Origin: Candidatus Bathyarchaeota archaeon
GTDB taxonomy: Archaea; Thermoproteota; Bathyarchaeia; Bathyarchaeales; Bathycorpusculaceae
NCBI GenBank assembly: GCA_963739305.1
Contig: CAVTZU010000017.1
Span: 46,600 to 110,599, forward strand
Length of the DNA: 64,000 nt
Direction of reading: 5' to 3'
The notes beneath the pieces are model-generated. The model had not been told where the DNA came from and did not search any database. It was given only the letters and a program-made list of their open reading frames with translations. Both the position numbers and the translations under genes were made by a program. Positions within the stretch are counted from its first letter, which is position 1. The number at the start of each line of letters is the position of its first letter. This document shows positions 19,747-29,841 of this stretch, one piece after another.

Positions 19747-20250
19747 TTGAAGAAATCGTTCACAATCCGCAAAGCCACTGAAGATGATGTTGGAGCTATT
19801 TCTGAGTCTATTGAGGGATGGTTGAGTTGGAAGATACCTCGCGAACAATCAATAAAAAGGGCTGTGAAGAAACGAGAACTGTTTGTAGCTGAGCTAGAAG
19901 GTCGCGTGACAGGCTTCATCCATTACGTGCCCCATGAGGACATAATAGACGGCGGAACTAACTTCTTCATCACATGCTTGCATGTTACTCCGAAACATCG
20001 CAATGAAGGCGCTGGTTCTGCCCTTCTGAACGCCGCCGTGGAAGATGCTTTGAACAGAGGTGCCCGAGGAGTCGAGACGTCCACTTCAAATCCAGATGCC
20101 AAGAGACTGTATGAAAGGCGCGGTTTCAAACAGTTCATGGGCAATTGGACGATGGGGGAAATTTTCCTCGAAATGAACCTGGAAAAATATAGGAAGAAGA
20201 ATGAAGAGAATGCTCGAACAAGAACAAGCCCGCGCGCACTTCGTTTATGA
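19747..20250 (+). CDS. GNAT family N-acetyltransferase
   Basis: LHVTPKHRNEGAGSALL, AKRLYERRGF; start refined. Confidence 0.85.
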   Translation: MKKSFTIRKATEDDVGAISESIEGWLSWKIPREQSIKRAVKKRELFVAELEGRVTGFIHYVPHEDIIDGGTNFFITCLHVTPKHRNEGAGSALLNAAVEDALNRGARGVETSTSNPDAKRLYERRGFKQFMGNWTMGEIFLEMNLEKYRKKNEENARTRTSPRALRL

Positions 20251-20272
20251 CACGACGACGGGTGAGCTGGAA

Positions 20273-20843
20273 ATGGTTGAACAGTTAAATTTGTCTAATC
20301 GAAATGACTGGCGAGCTTGGCTCGAAAAGAATTATGCAACACGAGAAAGAGGTCTGGTTGATCTACTACAAGAAGCATGCTGGAAAACCTAGTATTCCAT
20401 ACGAAGATTCGGTTGAGGAAGCCCTTTGTTTTGGGTGGATTGACGGCATAATCAAGAGAATTGATGATAAGAGATGCGCTCGAAAGTTCTTCCCCCGCAG
20501 AAGTCCTAGCAGGTGGTCTGAGTCCAACAAAAAGCGCGCTGAAAGGATGATCAGTGAAGGCAGAATGACAGAAGCCGGCATGGCAAGAGTCGACGACGCG
20601 AAGAAGAGCGGTGAATGGTTCAAGTCAAATGTAGTTCCCAAAAACTTGATGATACCTGCTTTCATTGAAGAGGCGCTGACCAAGAACAAGAAGGCGCGTG
20701 AGAACTTTAGCAAGTTGGCTGAGAGCTACAAGAAGCTTTACGTTCGATGGATTTCCAGTGCGAAACGGGAGGAAACCCGCTTGAGGCGTCTTGAAGAGGC
20801 TATTGATCTGTTGGAACAGAATAAGAAGTTGGGACTCAAATAA
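20273..20843 (+). CDS. YdeI/OmpD-associated family protein, frameshifted near 20343
   Basis: NRNDWRAWLEKN in one frame, then EVWLIYYKK, EALCFGWIDG, SAKREETRLRR in the next. Confidence 0.85.
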
Positions 20844-20970
20844 GCAGACCAACATGGTATGCACAAGAATTGTGACTTAACAACATCGAAGAAGTTGCAC
20901 TTGTGCGCGCCAGGACCGAGGACCATTGCTTCCTTCTTCATCTTACGCTGTCTAGAGCATCCAGAGCTCA

Positions 20971-21870
20971 TCACGTAAAGGGTCCTTTCGGCGTTGTGTG
21001 GATTTCATCGTTTAGAACAGTGATTGGAAGAAGTGACCAGCCGAGTAAGCTGTGGAGTATCAGAACGTCTGCGTATCCAACGAGAAATGCGGCCGCCAGA
21101 CAGGCTTCTTGCCACGCTGCAATTTCACTCAAGATCTCGCTTCTTCCTATCCAAGCCATCATGGGAACCCCCAGCAAAGGAAAACCGAAAATCTCTTCGC
21201 TCTTCTCGTCCACAGCTTTTCGAATCTTCGCGAAGTTGTTGAGAGTAACATTCAAACCTGCACCTGGAAAAGTGCCTGGGTCAAGCACGAGTTCTTGAAC
21301 TCCGTTCTTCAGAAGCGTCTTTGTCAAAGATTTCAGAGTCGCCAAGTCACCCGGTGCAGAAACCGTTAGGGGGCAATCGTGTGTTTTGGCGAGTTCTACG
21401 ATTTCGCTCCAGTTTTCTTTGGTCGCCGCGTACAAGAGGGGTCTTTCCTTTCCAGCTGCCTCCAAGCCCGCTTTCAACACCTTGGGTTGCAGCGAGCATA
21501 ATATAAGAGGTAGACTCGCGTTTTCAGTGACTTTCCTGACCGTAGCCCCGAATTTCTGCGGATCGTTTGAACTGGAACGAATTGCGATCATGTGAAGCTT
21601 GAGCTTTCGATTCTGGAAGTCGAAGCTGAATTCGGCTATTCTTTTCGTTCTGGTCTGAATTTCATCGTCGGACATATCGTCGCTGATGTCGATTGCGATT
21701 GCAGTTGGATTTGGAGTAGGAATTCCATCGTCGTCCAGAACATTTTGTCCGCCGATTTTGACCCTCTTTTTTCCTTCGCCGACAGTAACCTCCTTAACTG
21801 TGGCCTTCAACCTTGCCATTTGCGTGAAAGGCTTCTTGTTTTCCTCACGCGTTGGTTGGCTTCTGCTCAT
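20971..21870 (-). CDS. Truncated CdhE/AcsC-like protein (TIM-barrel part of the corrinoid Fe-S protein gamma subunit only)
   Basis: VKEVTVG...KIGG, NPTAIAIDISD, RPLLYAATKENW, LVLDPGT, FGFPLLG; ATGA overlap with cdhD; no N-terminal Cys cluster and no C-terminal B12 domain. Confidence 0.8.
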   Translation of the reverse strand: MSRSQPTREENKKPFTQMARLKATVKEVTVGEGKKRVKIGGQNVLDDDGIPTPNPTAIAIDISDDMSDDEIQTRTKRIAEFSFDFQNRKLKLHMIAIRSSSNDPQKFGATVRKVTENASLPLILCSLQPKVLKAGLEAAGKERPLLYAATKENWSEIVELAKTHDCPLTVSAPGDLATLKSLTKTLLKNGVQELVLDPGTFPGAGLNVTLNNFAKIRKAVDEKSEEIFGFPLLGVPMMAWIGRSEILSEIAAWQEACLAAAFLVGYADVLILHSLLGWSLLPITVLNDEIHTTPKGPFT

Positions 21871-22958
21871 TGCGGTCCCCGAAACGTTTGAATTTTCGCC
21901 GAGATCCAGTTTGCAAAGTCGGCAGTGGGGCTCAACTTGACGTTCATGAGATTCGCTGCTGTGTTCTTCATGGTTCTTACTGCTGCTGGATGAATCATCA
22001 TGAACAAGTCTGCGCCTGCAAGCAGGAGTGTTAGTCCAGTTATTACTTCCCACAGAGGTCCTCTGAGTTCGCTTGGCTCAAACTCGCGATTCATTCTAGA
22101 GAAAGCCTCTGCTGCTGCCCAAGCATTTGATGGGCGTGCGCAAATCGGGTAGGCAAGTTCTGCGTCTCCAGCTAGGCCTGCAAGTCTGCTATTTCGCGTT
22201 TGATTGAAGGAATATGCAAGCCCGTGTCCCAGGGCCATCGTGGTCACATTCATGACTATGTCTTCTCTGGGCAGGAATTGGTGAAGCCGTCGGTTGAGTT
22301 TTCTGGCTGCGTTGAGATCTGTTGAGGCAGAAGCTAACACGGCGTGCCCGTTTTTCTTGATGACCTTTGCGAATCCTTCAATGTCCATTTCTGTCGTGAC
22401 AGAGTCAAAGAGGAATCTTTCGCCCGAAAAAGCCTCAGCTATCTGACTGAAAACGGCGGCGTCTTTCTTTGGGTTTCCGCATCCGGCGATTATGAGAGGA
22501 ACGTCCACTGCCTGAGCGACTTTTTCGATCGTTCTCACCGCGTCTGACGGTGAGGCATCCTTCACCGAGGGGTCAATGGTTTGCAGGTGAACAGTCACCA
22601 TATCTGCACCGAACTCGTCGACTGCGAGTTTTGCCATAGCCGCGGGGTCTGCGATTACGTCTTGGACGTGCATTCTCACTGCCGCTGGAAGGGGAACCTC
22701 CATGTCATAGACATCGTATGCAATAACTGGAGGGTGCGGTGGAGGGTCATGAAAATCCGAATAGGCTGGCTTGTTTTCGCCGCCTATCACAAAGGTCCTT
22801 GCTCGTGTTCCGCCTTCTCCTCTTTTTGCTCCTAGTCTGACCTCTACGATCTTGTTAGAGAATTCCTTAGCAATGCTAGCTTGTTCCTTTTGCAGATTCG
22901 ACCTAGGTTTTTCCTTCACTGGAACATCACGCATGTGTCCTTGGATTCGTGTTCTCAA
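21867..22958 (-). CDS. cdhD: CO dehydrogenase/acetyl-CoA synthase delta subunit (CFeSP small subunit) homolog
   Basis: IVEVRLGA..GGTR, AVDVPLIIAGCGNP.KD, RGPLWE, LLLAGADLFMMIHP. Confidence 0.85.
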   Translation of the reverse strand: MRTRIQGHMRDVPVKEKPRSNLQKEQASIAKEFSNKIVEVRLGAKRGEGGTRARTFVIGGENKPAYSDFHDPPPHPPVIAYDVYDMEVPLPAAVRMHVQDVIADPAAMAKLAVDEFGADMVTVHLQTIDPSVKDASPSDAVRTIEKVAQAVDVPLIIAGCGNPKKDAAVFSQIAEAFSGERFLFDSVTTEMDIEGFAKVIKKNGHAVLASASTDLNAARKLNRRLHQFLPREDIVMNVTTMALGHGLAYSFNQTRNSRLAGLAGDAELAYPICARPSNAWAAAEAFSRMNREFEPSELRGPLWEVITGLTLLLAGADLFMMIHPAAVRTMKNTAANLMNVKLSPTADFANWISAKIQTFRGPQ

Positions 22959-23069
22959 GCTGTGTTGTTTTTCGCAGCTGCGCAGATTTAATGCTTTGTG
23001 AAAATTGACGGAAGAGGAACTGTTGTGATCTAAGCGTCTTGTGTGGTTCTTTGAGTAATGATGCGTATG

Positions 23070-24503
23070 CTAAGTCGTTGCCAAGCCGTAGTGTTCTTCC
23101 ATCACGTGGTGGTACATTTTAGGAGGCATCAGTGAACCGAATGCTCTCGCTACGACCTCGCTGAGGGCCGGGTGTATGTGCATTGCCTTGATTAGCGGCT
23201 GGGCGCTTTGGTCGGTTGTGTTCATCAGGTTTATTATTTCTTGAATAAGCACGGAGGCGTGAGGTCCGATTATGTGGGCTCCGACGATTCTCATCCCCTC
23301 GTTGAGAACTATGACCTTGACGAAGTAGTCTTTCAGTCCCATTGCCTCTCCTTTGGCGGTGTCTTCATATCTGTGGACGCCGATTCGTATGTTGTTTTCG
23401 CCGTATTTGGCTACGGCCTCTTTCTCTTTCAACCCGACGCTCGCAATTTCGGGGTCTGTGAAAATCGCGTGGGGGACCGCTTGATAATCCACCTTGATTT
23501 TTCTCTTTTGTTTTGCGTTGAAGTAGACGAGGAGAGCCTCGTAGTTTGCCACGTGTTTGAACAAGTAGTTTCCATCTGCGTCTCCCAGTGCCCAAACGTT
23601 AGGCTGGGATGTCTCGAGATACTCATTGACGATGATCCAACCGTGATTGTCCGTTTTGATGCCTGCTCTCTCTGCATGTAATATGTCGGTGTTAGGGCCT
23701 CTTCCTGAAGCGATCAGTATCTCGTCTGCAGATATCTCTATCTCCTTGTGAGTGGTTCCGTCAATCGCAAACAACTTTTTTCCTGTGGGGGCTTTTTCTG
23801 TTTTGTACACCTTGCTGTCAGTGAGGATTGTCATGCGTTTCTGTAGCTCTCTTTTTGCCAAAGAGGAGATCTCGGGTTCTTCGTCAGGAATGAACTGGGG
23901 GTTTCTTCCGACTATTGTCACTTGTGATCCCAAAGAAGCTAGAAAATGACCGTATTCCGCTGCTATGTATCCTCCGCCCACGATGGCGATGCTTTTGGGG
24001 AGTTGTGTCAGTTCAAGGATTGTGTCGCTTGTGAGGTATCCGGTTTCGTCAAGGCCGGCAATTGATGGGATAATTGGTTTTGAGCCAGTGCAAAGAAAGA
24101 TCATTTTTGAAGTTATGGTTTCGTCTCCAACTTTCAGAGTGTATGGTGCGACGAATTCGGCGACTGAAGTGTAGTAGTCTATGTTCGTGGAGGTGGAAAG
24201 TCCATGGCGGAGACTGTTGATGTCTTTAGAGATCAGGTCGCGCATTCGTTGCATGATTTTTTGGAAGTCTATGTTCTTTATGTCAACGGTGATTCCAAAA
24301 TCTTTGGCTTTCTGAATTGTCCTGATCAGTTCTGCTGGGTATAGGAGGATTTTTGATGGGATACAGCCGCGTGTGAGGCAGATTCCGCCTGGCTGGTCTT
24401 TGTCTATTATTGCGGCCTTCAGTTTTGGGTTTTCTTGGAGAAGCGCGTTCGCGATTTCCATGCCTGATCCTGTGCCTATCAGGATGAAATCGTATTCCTT
24501 CAT
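23070..24503 (-). CDS. lpdA: Dihydrolipoamide dehydrogenase-family flavoprotein disulfide reductase
   Basis: IGTGSG, GGICLTRGCIPSK, VGGGYIAAE, HIHPALSE; no MerA C-terminal CC. Confidence 0.85.
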   Translation of the reverse strand: MKEYDFILIGTGSGMEIANALLQENPKLKAAIIDKDQPGGICLTRGCIPSKILLYPAELIRTIQKAKDFGITVDIKNIDFQKIMQRMRDLISKDINSLRHGLSTSTNIDYYTSVAEFVAPYTLKVGDETITSKMIFLCTGSKPIIPSIAGLDETGYLTSDTILELTQLPKSIAIVGGGYIAAEYGHFLASLGSQVTIVGRNPQFIPDEEPEISSLAKRELQKRMTILTDSKVYKTEKAPTGKKLFAIDGTTHKEIEISADEILIASGRGPNTDILHAERAGIKTDNHGWIIVNEYLETSQPNVWALGDADGNYLFKHVANYEALLVYFNAKQKRKIKVDYQAVPHAIFTDPEIASVGLKEKEAVAKYGENNIRIGVHRYEDTAKGEAMGLKDYFVKVIVLNEGMRIVGAHIIGPHASVLIQEIINLMNTTDQSAQPLIKAMHIHPALSEVVARAFGSLMPPKMYHHVMEEHYGLATT

Positions 24504-24591
24504 TTGGCAAATCTCCACACGTGAGATGTTGTGTTTGTTCTTTAAAAATGAGTGATGCAACTCGCCGTGGAAGTGCGATACACTTTCAGAA

Positions 24592-25350
24592 TCAATTCTT
24601 GCTTGATAAGTTGTCCGTCTGCGTTTTGGTGATGCAGACCATCCCGCCTAGCTGTGTGAGACGTTTGCCCGCAGTTGATTCTGACTTGATTATCGTTGTT
24701 TTGACGCTTTTGTTTGCCGCGATCTGTATCAACCGGTTTATCCTGTGTTTTTCTTTACTGTCTGAAAGGTACTTGTCGGTGATGAGAAGATACTCAGGTC
24801 TGGGTGTCCCAGGTTTCTGCTGACCAAGGATCATTTCTTCTATTTCCTTGAGCGAGTACAGTATAGTCGAGTCCTGATTTTTGGCGTTGAGACGTTCTTC
24901 GAGGAGATCGATAACGTTTTCCGTCTCCATCTGTGTGGTTTCGCTGACTAGTCTTGTGGAAAAGTGGGGTTCTTGTTAATGCGGCCACTTCGGGTGGTGT
25001 GGTCGCGAGTCCTGTTGTTTCAGAAAACGTTGCTTTGTTTGAGACCTTGAGTTAGCCATGCGTGATGTGCGTGAACGTGTTCACTGAACACTCGCGCGTA
25101 ACTGGTTCTTGGCGGAGATGCGAGAATTACGCTTCTGACGCCTTCTTTCAAGCTGGGTCTCAGAGCGTTTACGACTGATTCGAGGAAGTTGTACAGTGCT
25201 TTTTGGTCGCTCCATTTTCCCTGAAGCAAGATGGTTTTTTCAGGTTTGACGACGTTGCTGAAAACTTTCCACAAGGACCGCTCGGTCTTCCTCCAAACCT
25301 ACTAGGATCGCAACGGGGTAGCCCCTGCGGTACTGTTGTTTGTGCTTCAA
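24592..25350 (-). pseudogene. eRF1/pelota C-terminal-domain-like protein broken by about three frameshifts
   Basis: Consecutive fragments YRRGYPVAILVGLE / WKVFS..SVILASP / AALTRTP / ..ESTAGKRLTQLGGMV (pelota-like C-terminal motif). Confidence 0.6.
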
Positions 25351-25508
25351 CTCTTCTTCACTCCGCTGCTGAGAAGGGAAATATCTGCAGTATTGCTCTG
25401 AACTTGCACTGGTCGTCTCCGTTTGTTATCGATTTTTCCTTGATCACTTCGACGGGTTTTCCTGTTGCGCCTTCGAAAAGGGCCCACGCGCGTCGCCGTT
25501 TGCTTTGA

Positions 25509-26003
25509 TTATTTTTTGTTTTCGTCCAGTTTGACGACTTTGCAGCATCTTCGCTCGAGGTGACTCATCAGGCTTATGCCAGCCTTGCTTCTCTCTTCTT
25601 CCTCTTCCAGATGCTTCTCGAAGCCAACTTTCTTTACTCGATGATAGTTGTCGACGACAAATGGGTATGTATCCCTCTGATAAACGGTTTTCTCGCATGA
25701 AAGATAGTCGTCGCACAGCAGGCAGCTCTGAAGGTTCTTCTTCCCAGCGCATTTTCTGTTTTCGCACCAAGGTGCTCCTCCACCTTTGAGGCACATCGGA
25801 CACTGCGAGTCAGAAAACCATTCTAGGCCTTTTCTGAACTCGTCAAAACTGAACGATTTCACAATGTCGTTGACCCAGTCATAGCGAGTAGTGTCAATGA
25901 GTCTTTTCAACTCTCTTGCCGTCATCGTCACTCTTCCGTTGCCGTTTGGGCATTGGCCGCAGTACACTCCGCACACTCCGTATTGCTCGTTCTTCTTTTG
26001 CAT
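25509..26003 (-). CDS. Cys-rich DUF3795-like protein
   Basis: GVCGVYCGQC, CPMC, CENRKCA..SCLLC. Confidence 0.75.
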   Translation of the reverse strand: MQKKNEQYGVCGVYCGQCPNGNGRVTMTARELKRLIDTTRYDWVNDIVKSFSFDEFRKGLEWFSDSQCPMCLKGGGAPWCENRKCAGKKNLQSCLLCDDYLSCEKTVYQRDTYPFVVDNYHRVKKVGFEKHLEEEEERSKAGISLMSHLERRCCKVVKLDENKK

Positions 26004-26105
26004 TGAGAGTCACTTGTTACATTGAAAGAAGATGGTGATAGAAATACTTGGCGCCAAGCGTCAGGCTTTATAGCGTGAGCCGACGATACGGAGCATCGGG
26101 TTTGA

Positions 26106-26522
26106 TTGAGCTTCGAAATAGTAAGGTACAGGTCGGAATTTCAAGGTGCGGTCGTTGATTTGTGGAGAAAGTGTAATCTGATCGTTCCGCAGAATGATCC
26201 CGTTGTTGACATTCGCAAAAAGGTCGATTATCAGCCTGAATTATTCCTTGTTGCATTGTTGGATGGCCGCGTTGTAGGTTCTGTTATGGCTGGTTATGAG
26301 GGGCATCGAGGCTGGTTGAATTACCTGGCTGTTCTTCCCGAATATCAAGGCCAAGGATATGGCAGGAAGCTAGTGGAGAAGGCCGTTGCCGAACTGAAGA
26401 AACTAGGTTGCTTGAAGGTTAATCTGGAGGTTCGGAAAAGCAATAGTCCTGTAATTGATTTCTACATGCATCTTGGGTTCAAAGACAACGAGATCGTCGG
26501 TCTGGGCAAGAGGCTTGGATGA
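26106..26522 (+). CDS. GNAT acetyltransferase (YpeA-like)
   Basis: VMAGYEGHRGWLNYLAV, GCLKVNL. Confidence 0.9.
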   Translation: MSFEIVRYRSEFQGAVVDLWRKCNLIVPQNDPVVDIRKKVDYQPELFLVALLDGRVVGSVMAGYEGHRGWLNYLAVLPEYQGQGYGRKLVEKAVAELKKLGCLKVNLEVRKSNSPVIDFYMHLGFKDNEIVGLGKRLG

Positions 26523-26584
26523 ACGTTGAGCATTCCGCATTCGCTGGTACTGTTTATATCCGTGTTTTTCGTGGCATTTGAAAG

Positions 26585-27829
26585 ATGAACCCGCTCAGCA
26601 GGCTGAAGAGTCGTTACGCGTTCATTCAAGGCAATTTCCTTATCCTTTTCGTAAGCTGGATTCTCATGTACTTTTCAGGCCCGATTCCTTCAACATACTC
26701 CAGCCTATACTTCAAAGGATTAGGAGCAAACGATTTCATCATAGGCGTAATCGGGTTTGCAGGCTCGATAGCCCTCGCTTTTGTTCAGTTTCCTGGCGGT
26801 TATCTTGCCGACAAGCATGGGAGAAGGTGGCTTGTTGTAACGATGACGTTTGGGGTAACGTTTGCCATCGTTTTCTTCATTTTTGCTCCTTCGTGGCCGC
26901 TGATCGTCCTGGGAACGGCTATCCAGAATTTCTGTTTGCTCTACCAGCCAGCGTTGTTTGCCATTATGATTGATTCAGTGTCGCCGGAGCACAGGGGCGC
27001 GGGGTTCACGCTTCAATCCGCGGTCACGAACCTTGTTTCCTTGCCTGCAGCAATTATCGCGGGTTATCTGGTTTTGGCTTTTGACGTGGACATGGGCACG
27101 AGAATCGCCTACGTGATAGTTTTGGTGTTCTATTTTGCTGCAGCTGTGTTGAGGACGAAGCTGAAGGAAACGTTGGCGCCGAATGAGAATAGCGTTCGCC
27201 CGGACTTGCTTGCCGCGTTCAGGGAATATCCAAAAGCGGTGAAAGAGGGGCTTCAAGTCTGGAAAAAGGTTCCAAGGGCAACTCTCTACTTGTTTGCAGT
27301 GAATTCAAGCGTAAACAGCATCATTGCCGGATGCAACATATTCTTCGTCCTCTACGCGACAGACGTTCTTCAGGTCACGAAGTTTCAATGGGCCATCGTG
27401 TTGGCGTTCATGTACATGAGTTCGGCGATACCTGCCATTTTTGCAGGACTGAGAATGGACGCGACGGGTCGCAAACGCTACTACTTGTTGAGTTTTCTTC
27501 TCTACGTACCCGCCATGCTAATATTCTTGCGGGCCAACTTCGGCTTGCTGCTGGTCACCTTTTTCCTGTTCGGTCTAGCGCAAGTGCTGCAGCAGACCAG
27601 CTACAACTCCCTCGTTGGCGATCTGACTCCCAGAGAACTGAGGGGAAAAGTCATCGGCTGCGGTCAATTCTTTATGTACATTGGTCAAGCCTTCACTCAG
27701 CTTCTGGTTGCCGCCTTGTACACCTACGTTGCCCCAGAGCTGCCTTTCCTTCTCCTTGCTGTTGCCGCGATACCGCTTTCGACCATTGCGTTCCTGAAGA
27801 TACATGAACCAACCACTAGGCAGGTTTAG
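26585..27829 (+). CDS. MFS transporter
   Basis: GGYLADKHGRR; ~12 TM segments. Confidence 0.9.
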   Translation: MNPLSRLKSRYAFIQGNFLILFVSWILMYFSGPIPSTYSSLYFKGLGANDFIIGVIGFAGSIALAFVQFPGGYLADKHGRRWLVVTMTFGVTFAIVFFIFAPSWPLIVLGTAIQNFCLLYQPALFAIMIDSVSPEHRGAGFTLQSAVTNLVSLPAAIIAGYLVLAFDVDMGTRIAYVIVLVFYFAAAVLRTKLKETLAPNENSVRPDLLAAFREYPKAVKEGLQVWKKVPRATLYLFAVNSSVNSIIAGCNIFFVLYATDVLQVTKFQWAIVLAFMYMSSAIPAIFAGLRMDATGRKRYYLLSFLLYVPAMLIFLRANFGLLLVTFFLFGLAQVLQQTSYNSLVGDLTPRELRGKVIGCGQFFMYIGQAFTQLLVAALYTYVAPELPFLLLAVAAIPLSTIAFLKIHEPTTRQV

Positions 27830-27899
27830 AACCGAAACTGCAACCCAGTCTCGTAGCGCTTTTAAGCCTTCGGAACCAGAGGTTTGTTCTGTGACTATT

Positions 27900-28445
27900 A
27901 TGAATCTTGACAACCTCACGATAATTGAGCTTGAAAAGAAAGATGCCTATCTGAGGGAGATTGGGTCGGGGTACTCAAGTTCCTACTATTATGATGTGTC
28001 GGTTCTCAGGGAGTCGGCGGGCTGGAGAATAGATCTGACGCGCAAAGCATTTGACGTTATCCTGGACAAGAGTTACCGTGGAAAACTCTTCGAAGATCAT
28101 GTTGAACAGCCGAGGGTGTTTGTCGCTTCGCTCGAGAACAGGCAGGTTGGTTGGGTTGAGCTGGGTTATGAGAGTTGGAATAATAGGATGCGTGTCTGGG
28201 AGTTACTTGTGGAGAAAGAGTTTCGCAAGCGTGGAATAGGAACTTTGCTGATGAACCATGCTGTCAAGATTGCAAGAGAGAAAGGCGCCAGAATGCTTGT
28301 TCTTGAGACGCAGACAAACAATGCAGGAGCGATTGACTTCTATCTGCAGTTTGGCTTCAGCCTCATCGGTTTGGACGTCAACGCGTACACGAACGAAGAT
28401 ATCGGTAAGAAGGAAGTCAGGCTCGAAATGGGTCTGAAATTGTAG
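27900..28445 (+). CDS. GNAT acetyltransferase (streptothricin acetyltransferase-like)
   Basis: WNNRMRVWELLV..FRKRGIG, LVLETQTNN..AIDFY. Confidence 0.85.
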   Translation: MNLDNLTIIELEKKDAYLREIGSGYSSSYYYDVSVLRESAGWRIDLTRKAFDVILDKSYRGKLFEDHVEQPRVFVASLENRQVGWVELGYESWNNRMRVWELLVEKEFRKRGIGTLLMNHAVKIAREKGARMLVLETQTNNAGAIDFYLQFGFSLIGLDVNAYTNEDIGKKEVRLEMGLKL

Positions 28446-28500
28446 TTGGACAGAATCCTCGATCTTGGGTAAGCGGAGGAAAAGTGTGATATCCCGTTTC

Positions 28501-29688
28501 CTAGTGAGAGCTCTTGTTGTCTTTGTTGTCTAAGCTGTTTTCGAGCATTTCCACGGCTGCACCGTAACTGAAGTTCCATGCTCCGTCTTTAAACATCTGA
28601 TGTATTTCCACGTTGTCCCAGGTTCCATGCGTCAGTTCTCCGAGGAGTATTTGGGCATTATTTATGCAGCCTTGTTGCGCTAGCACTGTGAGTGATTTCC
28701 GCATGGCAGCAAACTGAAAAGAGGGAATCACTAAGCGAACGAAAATCGCGTTTTTTCCGAGGACTCTTTCGTAGCTGGAGTTGTAGGGCAGATGGCTTAA
28801 GGCACTCGTAAATTTCTCAAGGTTTGCCTCGTTTGAAAAGCTCAGATAGAACATGAAGAGAAGCACAGCGTAGTCTTGGTTAGGGAACAGGTACACTCTG
28901 TAGCCCTTGATCAGTCCTTGAGGATTGATGGTTTTTCTGATTCTCCGCGAAACCATCGGAATAAACTTTCTGCTGTCCTTTTCTCCTAGAATCTTCGCGG
29001 TTTCTGCAACGATTTTTCTCTGCGTCGTCCGGGCGTTGAGTTCCAAGCAGCGTAAGATGATAAGGTCAACTAGGTCGAATTCCGCTTTTTTCTGGTTCCC
29101 TGTTTCTTCTGCTTCGGTTCCGGCAAACGAATCGAATTTGTTCACCCAGTCTTCCCAGTCGAAGCTGAGCGTGGTCTGCTTGTTGGCGTAAAAATCCAGA
29201 TCAAGCAGTGGATAGCTAGGAGTGCCAGTCGCAAAAACTTGATAATCGGAGATCAGTTCTCTCCTTTGAAGTTCGTTGAGAAATGTGGTCAAATCTCTTT
29301 CTTTGTCTGCAGGAATAGCGTATCGCACATAGTTTCCCAGTTTCCATCCGTCCACGACAGCTAGGTATCTCCACAGGGGAAAACAGGTGAGTGCGCGTCC
29401 AGACTTGTCCTCTGTACCAACTGGCGTAGATGCCAATACTGAGTAAGCCCTAAGCCCCAGTTTTGCTTCATCGATTAAGGCTCTGAAACGCACGAGGTCT
29501 TCGCTGTCGAATCTTCGGATCCGGTAGCTTATCGTTTGCTCTGGAGCATCAACGTCTCGGGTCAGTCTGCGAATGTTGTTGACGCCGTGTGTCAGCATGG
29601 CCTCGACGATTTTGAAGTCAAGAGCATCTAACCGACCGAACTTCTTGCTGTACTCCGTCATTGATGGAAGCAGGTACGTGTAACTCAT
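28501..29688 (-). CDS. Tandem Lrp/AsnC-type winged-helix regulator (two modules)
   Basis: LDALDFKIV...QTISYRIRR and FDLVDLIILRCLELNAR repeats. Confidence 0.75.
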   Translation of the reverse strand: MSYTYLLPSMTEYSKKFGRLDALDFKIVEAMLTHGVNNIRRLTRDVDAPEQTISYRIRRFDSEDLVRFRALIDEAKLGLRAYSVLASTPVGTEDKSGRALTCFPLWRYLAVVDGWKLGNYVRYAIPADKERDLTTFLNELQRRELISDYQVFATGTPSYPLLDLDFYANKQTTLSFDWEDWVNKFDSFAGTEAEETGNQKKAEFDLVDLIILRCLELNARTTQRKIVAETAKILGEKDSRKFIPMVSRRIRKTINPQGLIKGYRVYLFPNQDYAVLLFMFYLSFSNEANLEKFTSALSHLPYNSSYERVLGKNAIFVRLVIPSFQFAAMRKSLTVLAQQGCINNAQILLGELTHGTWDNVEIHQMFKDGAWNFSYGAAVEMLENSLDNKDNKSSH

Positions 29689-29841
29689 GGTGATTCACTT
29701 CGATGGTTAGTTTTCGAGATATGAAGGTGATGTGTTCTTAAAGATTGTGGATTGACGTTAAGTTTTGTATCATGGTCGCAATTTTTGCTAAAAATTTATA
29801 AGCAATGTTGGTAGCAGTATCATCTAAGGGAGGGGAGAAAC

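Noticed and set aside
21870-22053. Apparent frameshift or CdhD-CdhE fusion
   Set aside because: A clean ATGA stop/start overlap at 21867-21870 explains two separate genes.
23070-24503. Mercuric reductase (merA) call
   Set aside because: No C-terminal Cys-Cys or HMA domain; the HPxxxE motif favours the lipoamide dehydrogenase family.
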